From positions 2,452,453 to 2,516,452 of the forward strand of contig ML978122.1 of NCBI GenBank assembly GCA_010015805.1: a DNA stretch of 64,000 nt, given 5' to 3'. Positions 1 to 13,559 of the stretch are shown here, piece after piece (position 1 is the stretch's first letter; each line of letters opens with the position of its first letter). The notes beneath the pieces are model-generated. The model saw only the letters and a list, made by a program, of their open reading frames with translations, ran no database searches and was not told the DNA's origin. Origin of the DNA: Rhizodiscina lignyota. Lineage: Eukaryota. The position numbers were made by a program, and so were the translations under genes.

Positions 1-1313
1 CACTGCCAGGCGACCGACACACCACTCATCTACCTACATAGCGTGGGCTTCTACTCCCACTTCACAATGCAACTACCTTACGCATTTCCAATTGTCGACA
101 CACATCCCGACCCTGAGACAACGACAGACCTACGGCTTCTGAAGCCATGGCCCGAGTTGTCCGCATTGGTAGAGCAGAAGACCAGGGGCTTAGAGGCAAT
201 GGACAACGAAGATCACGGTCATGTCCCATACGTTCTGCTTCTCCTGCATTATATCGAAGTATGGAAGTTGTCTCACGACGGTAAACCACCGCAGACATAT
301 AAGGAAAAGAACGAGTTCAAGCAACTGGTCTCTGCCGAGGGCAGGTTTAGCCAGCCGGAAGGCGAGGAGAATTACGAACAAGCAATTGCCGCAGTGCTGA
401 AGAACTTCAACTATCCGGAACCATCATCAGCAGTCAAAGAAGTGTTCAAATCGCCTGAGTGCCAAAATATTACTGTGAGCAGCGCAAACTTCTGGATAAT
501 CGCAAACGCGATATCGCAGTTCTACGGGACGAACGGAGTTTTGCCACTACCAGGCTCAGTCCCTGACATGAAAGCCAAGTCCGCAGATTACATCCAGCTG
601 CAGACGGTGTACAAAGAGAAGGCTAGAAGCGACGTTGCCACAGTACTCGGTCTAGTCCGCGACCTCGAACAGGAACTTGGCCGCCCTCAGCCAATCGAGG
701 AGAGGGAAGTCGAGGCCTTCTGCAAGAACGCAGCGCACATCAAGCTCGTGCGCGGCCGGCCGCTGCAGGTTATACGACCTGGCGAGAACGTCGAGTGGGG
801 GGTGCAGGCTAAGAGCGCGGTCAACAAGCTGTCGGATCCCGATAGCCTGATTGGGCTGTACATCGCGTTTCTCGCGTACGACGTGTTCTGCGCGAATCAT
901 TCCTCCCACGGCATCGGCGCTCGTGCACACGAGCCTACGGAGGACGGGGTGGATCTAGACTGGAATTCGGAGGAGATGGCGGAAACGATGTACAAGATCA
1001 TCGATGTGCTGATCAAAGAATCGGGGAGGACGCTGGAAGAGGATGAGTTAGAGGAGATCAAGTCTCGTTCGAGCAAGTTCGTTGCGGAGATGTGCGTACA
1101 ATTCATCACTGCCCCCGCTTCTTGATCTGGAGAATTGCTGACATGAACTTTAGCGTTCGCGCCGCTGGTGGCGAGTTACATAACATTGCCGCTTTGACAG
1201 GCGGTTTGGTGGCGCAGGAGGCCATCAAGATCATCACGAAGCAGTACGTTCCTGTGGATAACACGTGCTTGTTCGACGGCGTTTTCAGCAAGACGTCGGT
1301 CATAAGGGTGTAG
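1..1313 (+). CDS. ULA1: NEDD8-activating enzyme E1 regulatory subunit (APP-BP1/Ula1), 5'-truncated by window
   Basis: Motifs DLRLLKPWPEL, HGHVPY, EENY, LPLPGSVPDMKA, FCKNA; intron 1092-1153 (GTGCGT..GCTGAC..TAG) joins to ELHNIAALTGGLVAQEAIKIITKQYVP; stop 1311-1313. Confidence 0.93.
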
Positions 1314-3751
1314 ATGTGCACTAGATACGGAGGATACGAGGAAGCGAGACGATTAACGTTGAAGCATTACGAAGAAGATGATTAGACGCCGGTACCCCTT
1401 CGAATCATTTGCATAGCAACGGCGTATGGCTATAGGCTGGACTTTCTGGATGCATCGGGCCTCACAGGCCAAGAAGATGCTCAATAAAAGACCTTTTACT
1501 CAGATCCATCCGCGTATCCCCGACAGCAACTCGTTTGCTATTGAAGAGTAAGGCCGGTCCGTGGGTTAGTACAGCGGTTAACGTAACCGCGTTCAAAGGA
1601 TCTACTGCAGCCACTTCGCCCTTTTTAAGCGGCTGTTTACCGGCGTTCCGGAATCCGGGCTCGCCTTGCGTGCATACGCATGCTTTGCTAGCATCCCCGG
1701 AAGAAGCACAAACGGTTCAAACGCACCCACTCAAAGGCGTGGACACTACGCTCATAGTTCGTGCTTGGTGGTACACTTTCTGCGCCCAAATGACTCTGGA
1801 CTGCTGGCAAACACACATTTCGGAGTGCTGAGAATATAAGATTGGATGTACTATGTATACAGTACCAACAAAATGAACGCAAAGTCGCAAACCGAAGCTG
1901 TTCCTTTTCTGGCATCATAAACTAGTATACGTGCCTGTGCAATCAAGGTCTCTACTTATCTCACCTCTGACCATCGGATATGTAAGGCTTATCAAATTTT
2001 AATCACAATGGCTGCCCAAACTGGCCTCATAATGCACTGTCATCGTACAGTTATATTCGAGTAACCGCAGAAAGGCATTGCGCAAGCTGATTGTCTACCA
2101 GGGATCGAAGCAGCACGAACAGACATAGGCATCTCGAGCATCGCTGTAACACAGTGCGAAGCTTCTTCGTTTCGAAGAGCGGGAACCAGTTGTAAAGGAG
2201 TCATAGAGGAACGTTAGGAAGTGTTTCCGCATGCCTCGAAAGAGCAAAAAGGAATCAGCTGAACTGGAGGGTGAGCTGTCAAATCATAGACTGAACCAGA
2301 GAAATGGCCTCCATCATTCTACAGTCGAGGATTTCGGTGTGCCAACAGAATATTCTTCTTAACGAATAGGTTATAGCATCTCGATCGTGAGAACTAGACA
2401 TCGTACGAGTCGTTAACATCCAAAGATTTTGTAGGTGGGGGATGGACTTATTCGTTAATGGATTTCTCGTGAATACGGCTGGTCAAGAGGCCTGAATACG
2501 AAGGACTTATCACAACGATGTGAAGGACAGCATGAGATAGACTGGGTTCCGAGAGACAGGCCACTATCATGATCGGACGGGAACCTGCGAAGAAGAAAGA
2601 CATTAGCTAGAAGTACTCTCAAAGAGCCATCAGCTGCTATAACTCACGACATTACTTGCACAATTGCAAATGTCTAATCCTACTGTAACGACAGGCAAAG
2701 CAGAGTCTTCACACTAGGCATTCGATGAGAAATGAAGGAAATTTGAGAGAATCGAAGTGTGGCCTCAGCCTGACGATGGCTCTCCCCCCTTTTCGCGTAC
2801 CTTCGTAACGCCACAACGTCCGTTGATTCCTCTTCGCTTTTCGCTCGCATGGAATCCACAACGCACCTTCGATTACAAATGCTAGAAGGTCATATCCAAC
2901 TAAAAAGGAACGATCAGATGGAGCTGCAGAGGAGATCCGAATGCGAACTCCTATCCACGTGCGGTTCGCGATGCGCTAACGGGGATGCTCGGTAAGTGAC
3001 TCCGACGCCAACCTCTCGCTCCAAGAAACCCCATACGCGGCCCCAGCTCCTCCCCAGGTTTCCCAATTTCCGGGTCTCTCCTCCGCATCTCCAGCATTGC
3101 TTGCGAGAGCGGCGTATTAATCGCTGCGCAGGATGTCATACCGTACTTTTCTGGCTCATGTTCCTAGGGGCCATGTCCAGAACGCAATCCTTGGTGAAAG
3201 CAACTCGAGATGATCGTCTGCATCGTCAAGCCCAGCAGAGCCGTCAACCACAATGACGGGCTTCTCCCGCCGCCAGAGGCTTGAATTCGCTTAGCTTCAA
3301 GGCTATTCGGTGCCACGCGGATGGTCTGAGCTGTCAGGAACCGTTCGTTCTCCAAGCTCGCAGCATGGCCAGGCAGGCCGGAGGGAGGCACATGGCTAAA
3401 CATCTCCGCGCTCCATCCTTTATGTCCTCCAGTAATGGAGGGATCGCCTTGTCTGGACCACCCTAGTACTCTTTTGGGCGGCCTTCTCCGAAGAGGATTT
3501 GAACCTGCAAAGTGCTGGAAAACTAACAGCGAGTCATCTGGTCTCATTTGGTCTCACACTTAGCGAGCGGCACAGCTGGTAAGTCCGGGGAAATCGCTTG
3601 GGACCAATACGGGGTAGTTTTGGTCTACATAAAGACTGTCTCCACCTCACCCTGTTATGATCCAGTTCCGGTGCCTCTCTGTGTTACCTCTTTTCTTTCT
3701 GAGATACCTTTAACTCCCTGAGCAGCGGATCTCTGCAAGCTGTCTCTGACA

Positions 3752-5601
3752 ATGGAGCCCGAAAAGTCTAACATTGAAGTCGTTGAGGGAGATTCTCAAA
3801 GCGGCAGCGAGGCTGTAGAAAAGGGCGTCGTTCCCGAACGTACCTACCTTCCCAACGAAGCGAGGGATGAGGACGTGGTCACGCTGAAGACGTGGTGTGT
3901 CGTCGTCGTATGTTATCCAGGCTGTCTCGATGGAGCCGTTGATTTGACCTCCCACAGATTTTATCCGCCTCGTATGGCTTGAGCTTCTGGATGGTCCCAA
4001 CTCTTTCATCGATCCAAACCCAAGTCGCCACTGAACTTGGAAATGCCGCCAATGCCGCGTGGTGGACGACCGTCTACACGATGTGCACAGCCATCTCTTT
4101 CATGGTGTTCGGCGGTAACAGTGACTTGTTTGGCCGCCGTTGGTTCATCATTTCGGGAAACATCGCTGTTTTCATTGCGCATATTGTTATTGGTAGCGCG
4201 AAGAATACTGATTCTATTATCGCGGCCTCGGCGGTCATGGGAGTGGGCGCAGGTCTCTGCCAGTTGGCGGCCTTCGCACTGCCAGAGCTACTACCCAACA
4301 GACTAAGGCACATCGGCGTCCTCATTGCTGATGCGAGCACCTGGGTGTCTGTTCTCTTCGGACCTATCGTCGGTCGTTACGCTATAAGACATGGCGGTGC
4401 ATGGCGCTGGCTCTTCTATGGCCCAGCCATCGCGACCGGAATTTCATTCGCCTTGCTCATCTGGCTCTACCGGCCCCCAAAGCACCCTCGTGGTATCCCG
4501 TGGCATCAAGCTGTCCGCGAGCTTGACTACGTCGGAGCGTTCCTTTTCACGACGGGTGCATCTCTCGTCTTCACCGGCGTCATCTACACCACTATTGTAC
4601 CATCCTCCAACCCGCGTGTTCTCGCCCTTCTTGTCGCAGGATTCGGTATCATCGTCATTTTCGGCCTATGGGAGACTTTCCTTCCACTCAAGCAGCCCAT
4701 GACGCCGCCGAAGATCTTCGCAAAAGACTATGGCCGCGAATTCACATTCCCTTTCATCGCTGGTGTCATCGTAAACATGTTCTTCTACTCAGTCAACATC
4801 GCCTACCCTACCGCGATTAACGTACTCTGGACTGACGCGACAACACCGCTATCATACTCGCTCGAGATCACGCTGCCGCAGAATCTCGGTCTTATTTTCG
4901 GCTCGGTGCTGCTCTGGGCCTTCGGCATCAAGATTGGCCACTGGAAATGGCAGTTCATCGGCTCGTTCGCTGTCATGACGCTCTTTGGTGCCCTGCTTGC
5001 GCTGATGAAACCAACCAATAGGGCGATGATCATGGTCTTCGTCTTCATCTGTGAGGGTGCATACGGTTGGGCCCAGACACTCTCAATTACATGGATCCAG
5101 TTCGGCGTCCCACAGACCCAGCTCGGTATCTCTGGTGCGTTGGCGGGCGTTGCACGATGGACCGGTGGTGCTCTGTCGTCTTCAATCTACCTTACGATCC
5201 TGAACCACGTTCAATCCAGCAAGGCGGCGACGATCGTACCACAGGCCGCGATGGCAGCTGGTGCTAGCTCCTCGACCGCCTCCGCATTGCTTGCAGCTCT
5301 GCCATTAGGCGCTGCTGCGATTGATAAAGTCCAAGGAGCCACTGCGACACAGATCGCTGCTGCTGGTGCGGCATTCGTCGAGAGCTATGTTGTCGGCCTG
5401 AGGACTGTCTGCTTGGCTTCTATTGCCTTCGGCGTGCTTGGTACGATTTGCTGCTGCTTGTCGAATGATATCGGACCAAAGATGACACCCAAGAGTGAGT
5501 TTTCCTCTCCAATTCCATCCCAGGAGTACATGCTAACGTACACCGTAGTTGAGGTTTTCTTGGAGAACGATGTTCAGGCAGACAAGAACCGCTTCCATTG
5601 A
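3752..5601 (+). CDS. MFS transporter, fungal DHA2/TRI12-like efflux type
   Basis: ATG 3752; introns 3908-3957 and 5495-5548; many hydrophobic helices; SDLFGRRW (motif A), PELLPNRLR, ELDYVG. Confidence 0.88.
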
Positions 5602-6756
5602 TCGAGAAGAACGCTTCCGGTCTGGAACACGGTTACAATAAGACTATATAAATGGAAATCTTTACCTGCAACTAATTCTAATTTTTGCATTATGCAAACA
5701 CCAAGTTCGCAGACGCATTCCTCCTCCGGAGCTTAAATGCTGCCACTACTCATGTAACCCCCGCGGAAGCGTGGTCGACAAGACCCCAAGTGAGCAGCAG
5801 CCTCTATATCCATGTCCTCGAGCGTCACCTTCTCTGTGCCTATGTCGATCAAGATTGGGCGATAGTTCGGACAATATTTCCTCAGGCTTGAGCCAATATA
5901 CTCCCGAAGCTCTAAGACCCCGCCGAACAAAGCACGCTTCTCACAGCCCCTCTCGCCTGTTTGCTGTAACACGTGTTATGCTCAACATTCGTAAACTTTG
6001 ATTGACTAGCTTGTCTAATTTTTTTTTCTTTTCAATTTAGTTAGGACCACTCTTGAGTTTGGCAATGTAAGATGGTGAAATGGCCTTGGCCAGAATACTC
6101 AATCACGTCTCCGATTTGTATAGGCCATCCTGATAGTCATATACCGCATTTCTCTATAGCTGTCCAGATCCCTCGTAGTTCTAGTACTTGGAATGTCAAC
6201 GGCTTCTAAATATGAGAAATGTGACCGACAGTAGCCGTTTATACAGAAGCGATATAAGTGAGCATGGTAGACTCAATTCCCTATAGCACAACTCCTCAAT
6301 AGTATCAAGTCGTAGGGGATATTCCATACTACCCGTGTTTCCGCAGCTGAGAAGGAAGCTTCCCGTTCGATCAATCAAGAGTCTGATGGCATGCACGAGC
6401 CACAGGAGATGGGTTCTGCTAAGGCAAATGGAGACTGGAGTGCCGTTGTTGAACCAGAGGAACCGCTTTTTATTTTTTTTAATCAAACCGAGGATGCAAC
6501 AACGTTGCACTTCGTGTTGGAGTGTACGCATGCTATTGCTAGCTTGGATAACTTTCATAATCTATGTTTCTTCTCCCGTCCATACTCTTTACAACTTGGA
6601 ACATTTAGTATATTATACTAACCGCTCTCACTGCATTATTCAAGGTCGTCACAGGCTCACAGATATCCGACTCGTTGATATTGAGAAACAGCATGGAAGA
6701 CGCACGAAGCGACCGAGCAGTACATTTGATTGAAAGCAACTGGCAATAATCAACAT

Positions 6757-8662
6757 CTACTGCGCTTTGTTGAACTCGTCAATCGCCGCACCAGTCAAGC
6801 GAACCGACAACGGCGCATCATGCTTGTCCAATTTCACCTCCACAAGCTGGAAGCACTCCTCGCGCAGCTCTGGGTCCTGCAACAGCTTCGTCAATTCCTC
6901 CGCAGTCTTGATCGGGCCGTGGTATTTGGAAGGGAAAGCGGGTCCGAAGGTGTGGGCGAGGGTGCTGTAGTCCCAGTGTGCCACTTCGTTGTAGACGGCC
7001 TCCATGCCGTGGATGATGCGCTCGACGGTATAGCCATCGTTATTCAGAACAAAGCTATGACATAGCTTGTTAGCATCGGGCACGCGAACGACTAAGATGT
7101 GGGGATAGGTCACTTACATGATAGGCTTGACGTTATATCGAAGCAAGTCCGCAAAAGCCTGGACAGTAAGATGTAAAGATCCTTCACCCGTGACAAGAAT
7201 ACCACGCTTAAACTTGCCGGTCTCCTGTGCGGCCATGAAAGATCCAAGGGCGGCACCAGTCGCATATCCAATAGACCCAAAGATTGTCTGGTTGTACATG
7301 AAGGTGTCTTTCGGGAGCTTTGCGGCACCGAGGCCGAACGCTGATGTGCCCGTTTCGCCGATAATCAAGTCACCAGGCTGGAAGAATTCGCCAATCGCAT
7401 ACCAAAGGAAATCCTGTGTCAATGGACCTGACGCTTCAGGCTTCATTGGATAAGGATCCCAAGTAACAGCCTTGGCTGTTTTGGACAGCGGTGTCTTCTT
7501 CACGCTATCGACAAGCGCGGCAAGAGTATGGTTCATACTCACGTTGATTTTCTGATCGCCGATGCTCAGCCAGAATCGCTGGAGGTCAATGACGCCTTTC
7601 TCGTTGACCTTGACTGTGAACTCTCCGGTATTGAAGTCATTTGCGTAACGGCCGATGAAGAGTAGGACGTCTGCGGATTCAACGGCCTTCTTCACTTCAG
7701 GATACGAGGCACCACCACCATATAAGCCGCCAAAGTTTGGTAGAGTTTCGTTAAATCCTTTGCCCATTGCCGTGACGAAGTATGGGAGGCCCGCTGCTTT
7801 GACAAGTTCTTCGGTCACTTGTAGCGCATTATTGCGAGCGCAATCTCCAACCATTAGTTAACTAGGTCTCAAGAGATATACGGGTTTTACTTACTTCCAT
7901 CAACAACGATCACGGGCGACTGGGCCTTCTCGAGGGCCTCATGAATTGCCGCAACTGCATTCTGCTCAGTGGCCTTGTCATTGGGAGGTAGAGTCGTTGG
8001 GATCGGCGTCTTGAGGCCCTCATCGGAGACCGGTGCATAGGCCATATCTGTTGGTACACCGATGTATACAGGGCGGGATTGCTCTACCATGATGGTAAGA
8101 GCTCGGTCAATGTCTTGAGCTGCTGTTTGTTTATTCCGCAAGACCACAGTCGTGGCGGTGATCTCTCTAGCCATCTTCTCATACATGCTGTGGCTCGTCA
8201 GCAACAGAACCACAGTGGAAAGTTACGGAGTACAACTGACTCAAAGATACCATTGCCAAGGGAATGGTGCATGATTGCGTGCGAGTCCGCCGCAGTGACA
8301 CTCGGGTATCCAACGATATGGGCTACTGGCACATATTCGGCGTAATGGCCAGCCATACCACAATACGCGGAAAGCTCTCCTGGGCCAAATGTCGTGACGA
8401 AGGCACCAATGCCGTTGATACGCGCATAGCCATCAGCAGCATACGATGCGACAAGCTCATTAGGATTGCCCTTCCAGCTCAAGCCACTATCGCCAATGAG
8501 ATCTAAAAGAGCAAGCTCATAGTCTTTCGGACTTCACGTCAGCCTTTGCACCAGACAAACAATTGAGCAGGGTGACACACCTCCTGGCACACCAAAGACG
8601 GACTCAACGCCCAATTGGCGGAGCCTTGTAAAGATATAGTCGCCAACCTTGATTTCCGGCAT
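6757..8662 (-). CDS. Pyruvate/2-oxo-acid decarboxylase (ThDP-dependent)
   Basis: VGDYIFTRLRQLGV..FGVPGD, GNPNEL.A.YAADGYAR, TTFGPGELSA, ETGTSAFG, GSIGYA, GEGS..NNDGYTVER; four introns with donors, branch points and acceptors visible. Confidence 0.93.
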
Positions 8663-11375
8663 AGCTGCTGAACTTCGATTATTTGGATTGACAAAGGAAT
8701 CTCGTAGAGGTAGCGTAGGAGAATTTGTGAGAGCAGTGATGAACCGAAGGAGTTGAGATTCGGGGGAGCTGAGCTCTCTGAAATAGTGGGAGCATCTTGC
8801 TGGACCCTTGTGGCATCGTATCGTCAAGCTTTAGGTGCAGGACTCGGCAGGAGATGGTGCAGATAAAATGCTTAATCATCGAGGTGTCAACAACAGAAGA
8901 CGATGATGTTTACTGGTGGAGTCGCAAGCGGTTGAGACCCCTGAGCATGCCATAGCTGTTACGCAGCCGAGTTCAACCAATGATCTCCCGGCTAGCCGCA
9001 GGCAACCGCAGCAGCTCCGAGGCATGCAAGGCGGACAAACTCGCAAAACCTGCAAGCAAAGTTGATTACTGTAGTTTTGACGGAGGACGTACCGAGCCTG
9101 ATTTTGGAAGTTTCGCCGGTTCAATGAGCGTTGTGAAGACACCGGTGAATCGCTCTGTAGTGCTATCATTTGCACACGTTCAGTGCGCAGCTCGTTAATC
9201 ACCTGGAAATAGTTGCTAGAGTGTTGGAGTTGCATATACGAAATGGTAGAACCAAATTAGCGTAGATAGTACACCGAAAATTGGGCTGATGCTGTAATTG
9301 TAGTGCCGCTAGCTTCAACCCAGGAGGGTGGCTGAAGAGCCTGTGAATATCAAAACACCATAGCTGCGCCCTGTAGTAAAGCGTAATCAAATCTTGTATC
9401 GCTGTAGATACTTCAAAGCTCATGTGGCTTCTGGAAGTTTGATTGCATAAGTTATGGTGATCATAGTAAGCAGAAGCTGCCTCCTGAGCTCGAGCGCCTG
9501 AAAGTTTCACTCGGCCGATTGTTGTAATGAAAGACATGCAATGGAACTCTTGCGCTGGTTTGGAGACCTACTATGGGTTTGGATTGCGGCTAGAGGGTAA
9601 ATCCCTTAGGCGGACTGGCCAACAACCATCCGACCAGTTATCTATGGATTCGAAACATCCCGTGGGTTGGCGACATCAATCTGGCAATATTGTCCCCATG
9701 ACCCAGTCCTACTTGATCAGGGCTGCATGGCAAGGATGTCGAAGACCGAAGAGCGGAGGCGGATAATGGAAAGGGGAGGTGAAGCTCGACACTCATTGGC
9801 GGCGTCTGGCCATCGCACAGAAGGCGTGACACGGGTCGTGGAAGCCCAATGATCCCCAGATGCAACACTGACACATGCGATCGAGTACGACTAAGCTTCC
9901 ACGCATCACCCCCTAGTATATGATCGATGAAGGCTAGTCCTGTCTCTTGCGCTATGGCCGGTGGGAGTCCGCCACGACCATGTTGCATAATCATTTTTGG
10001 ACGTAGATAGCCGGACAAGAGTCATTCCGCGTGCTAGATGTGGCGACTATCCATCAAACATAGATGGTTCGAGTATCCTTGCGAGCTGTGGTAACGTGAA
10101 CTTCTCGATAATGGAGATTGGCATGACGCTCAGCCGATGCAAGCCTCCTGTGCAACTGACGCGAAGAGCCCAAGGTGACGGGCCGATCCCATACAGAGCT
10201 TATGCAATGAGCGACGGCTGGCAGGGTATGTGCGCTATCCTATGCCTGAGGCTTTGGTGTTAAGGCGTGGGTGGAGCCAGGTGGTCGGGGCCGTGAGCCG
10301 GCATCTCCTTCAAGTCCATATAGGCCGAGGTGGCTCGCTGAAACCTTCCATCTCTTCTGCAACTGCCCACGGTCGCCCACAGACTCGTACTGTACTAGAC
10401 AAATGGAGTTCAGTGACAGTTAAGAAGCATTCAGGTGCATTTCACACGCGTCGGTTAGTGTCATCGTCTTTCGCCTCGATCCATAGAGCACGGCGACCGT
10501 GCTTAGCCGTCAATATCTCAAATTACGCCCTTGCGAGACTTCCCAAGCTCTTTCACAGTTTTTCGGCCAAGTTTCGATGGATATCTTCGCTTCGTCGGTA
10601 CTCAAAGAGGTTTTAAAGACGCGTCGCGGTTGACGGCGGTTCAAGAGCGCGGAAGGCACAAAAAGCCGAGGCGACCGCGGTTCGAATTTTGTCATCCCAT
10701 CGCAAGCCGTTGCAGCGACCAATGGTTCCTTCTCCTCGATCAGGCTAGTGGGTTACGATGTACTTCATCGGAAGTCGTACAAGTGCAATTGACGCACGGC
10801 ATTACATGGAGGAGCAGCTGCACGACCTGCACGAGTGAAAGAACAATGTACCAGAGCCAGAGATCCCTCTCTGTGATGAATCGAATCAGAGGGGGACGTA
10901 GGGCGGTGATAAGTGCAGTCGGAATCGGCAGCAAAGCTCTCGGTATGCTCATAGGGGCAGTGAAACAAGCAGTGAAGGAGGTTTCGCGATATGGATGCAT
11001 TTATTAGAGAACAGACTGGGGCTTCTCCATTGGGCGTGCGAAGTTTGGGAATCAGTCGCGGCAGCAGAATACGCGTGTCGCATAGACGAGTAGGGCTATA
11101 CGAATCAACCAATCGAATAATACGCCTCACTGGCTTGTCGAAGCGTATATATAGTCCACGGCCACGCAACTTCACAGCAAATTGGGCATAAAACATGTTT
11201 CACTAGTGCAAAACGCACCCCAACGACATTTTCAGACTCATATGGATGGGACAGATGGATGTCTATTCATATACCACTATTGTGAAGCATTCAGGCCCAG
11301 AAACCAGCAGATCATAGCTTGCAGGTGTTTACCACCAAATCCACTTCCTTACACCCCAGCCGACTGACTAGTCAT

Positions 11376-12493
11376 TCAGTTCACAAGCGGATTCTTGTAG
11401 TAGTATGGCCAGTACTTGGGCAAAGACGTTGCCAGCCATTTCGCCAGAGCAGCGTTGACCTCGGCAGGCTTATCCATATGCACCCAGTGCATTGACTCGA
11501 TTCTGGTCTCTGTGAGATTCTTCACTTTCTTGCGCATTGGTCCGGCCAACTTTGGCGAAGTGGTTGGCGAGCACACCTGTAAGCGTTCAGCAAATCATTC
11601 TCAAGACAGCTACCTCAGTGCGAGGAATGACTTACGCCATCATAAATGGCATCAATGTAGAGCATCGGCATGTCAAGGACGCCATCGTTCTTCTTCTTGT
11701 CGTCGTACTTCTTGTTGACGTCGTGATTCATGTAATATGAGGTGGCAGGGAAGAATCCTCTCTCCTTGTGCTGCTTCGCCAGATTCGCGTAGAGATCCTC
11801 ATCCAAGCAAGTCAACTCGAGAGGAATGTCAGGAAGAGCGCTTGGATTCCCGCCAAACCAGCCACCCTCTCGAAGAACCCTGGAGGTCATGGCAGGCTGG
11901 CCGTAAGTCGCGGGGCTGCTCTTGGTGTAGAAAATCTTTGCGATCTTATCTGGAGCAGAATCGAAAATCTCATCCATGTGGTCTGCATCTTTCTCGTACG
12001 CTTTCATGTACTCCCACTGGCCATATGGATACTCGCTCTCAGGATAGATATCCCGGTTCACAAGGCTGACCAGGAAATCAACTCCCCTCTCGAGAGTGGC
12101 ATAGGGCACGCAAAGGAGGACAACTCCAGTGCAGAGTTCCGGGTAATGGGCGACGAACGCAGAGACCACACCGCAACCCCAATCATGTCCGATCCACACT
12201 GCCTCGGAACAGCCGGTCTGAGCGAGAAGTTCAACTAGCTCGCCAGTCAAGATCTCCAATTGGTATGCACGCCGGTCTCTGGGGCAAGATGACTTTCCGT
12301 AGCCGCGCATGTCCGGAGCAACAACGCGGAAGCCCAAGCCGGCGAAGGTTTTGAGCTGATGCTGCCACGTTTGGGCGATGTCCGGCCAGCCGTGGATGAA
12401 AATCAGGAGTGGGCCATCTTTGGGACCGCCTTCGTAGTAAAAAGTGGTCTCTCCATTCTTATGCTTGAATTCATGACCAGTGAAGGCATCCAT
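11376..12493 (-). CDS. Soluble epoxide hydrolase (alpha/beta hydrolase)
   Basis: HGWP, PDMRGYG, GHDWG nucleophile, YGQWEY, catalytic His in MHWVH; intron 11577-11635. Confidence 0.9.
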
Positions 12494-12967
12494 GGTAGCG
12501 AGATTCTCAACGACAGAGAATCCGAACTGATTCACAGAATTATGCAAGGCTGAGCTTAGCAGTCTCGGCGAAAAGGAAGAGTAGATGGAGGAGCTGAGGT
12601 CGTTTGGCGAAGCTCAGCTTACATACTTATGTGCGACGCGCGGAAAGACTCTTACTCTATATGCTCGGCGGTATTCTCACAGAGACACCGGTCGGTATCG
12701 CAATTGTCCCTGAAACGGTGCAGCTCTCCAACCCCACAGTTTACAGGCCATACAGCGAACCGGGCGCTACTATCTAACACGAGTTTACGATGTCGGCCAA
12801 GCCTTTTTAGCTAGCTACCGGAACGCCATGGATGATTGGATCCAGTATTTAAGAGGGTCTTGCCCCGTCGCGACTGACTGGGGGCCAAAACCACCACCCG
12901 CCTCACGTTATGCTTTCGTATCGCTCCGTTCGAAAATTCCAGCACGAAGGCGCGAATAAAAAGTCCA

Positions 12968-13309
12968 ATGCGTTCGCATGCTCATACGATAATCTCTCCG
13001 ATAATTTCTCCGTCGTGTGAAATATACTGGCAAGACAGGGATAGTGAATGTGAGCAGTTCTTCAACGCAGATCACCAAGGCCTTGCCCTGTCTAAGCGTC
13101 AGCTTCCACATTGTCCGGAACAGGGTACATACGGCGCAATTCAGCTCGAAATCATACGCGCGAGAGACGGGAGCGATGATAAACTGATAACTAATACATA
13201 TGATTCCGAGATGCTTTTGGAAGTATATACACTTTCGGGGTGTGCACAAGTTGTCAGAGGGACGTCTTTTTACACACAGAACATCGTTAATGAAGCGAAA
13301 GCTAACTAA
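12968..13309 (+). CDS. Possible small hypothetical protein (113 aa)
   Basis: ATG-initiated ORF, protein-like composition, TATTTAA ~120 bp upstream; no recognisable motif. Confidence 0.2.
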   Translation: MRSHAHTIISPIISPSCEIYWQDRDSECEQFFNADHQGLALSKRQLPHCPEQGTYGAIQLEIIRARDGSDDKLITNTYDSEMLLEVYTLSGCAQVVRGTSFYTQNIVNEAKAN

Positions 13310-13559
13310 CGTCACGAACACAGTTTCTCCCAACTCGAACCGTTTGTAATCACTCGACCTTCTATTATAGCTTCTTTCTTCAACTTGGACTGCTAGCAAA
13401 GTAGGCGTTCGGTCCTACATTGCAGCTCCTTCGCCTCATCAAACTTGTCCGCTAAGCCAAGAGGATTATGCCAGTCTCTCAACCTCTCTCAACCCGGCAT
13501 ATGGACAGAAGCATACCTATATTCAAAGTCGTGTGTTCTCTAGTACTCTCCCTTGCCAT

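Noticed and set aside
2255..2320. Possible C/D snoRNA on minus strand (ATGATGG..CTGA)
   Set aside because: Imperfect C box, 3-bp stem, no convincing rRNA/snRNA guide identified
9640..9665. TTCGAATCC T-loop-like motif on minus strand
   Set aside because: No cloverleaf or A-box; not a tRNA
8876..11200. Several 60-160 aa ORFs upstream of the decarboxylase
   Set aside because: Overlapping, motif-less, mostly non-ATG; more likely a long regulatory intergenic region
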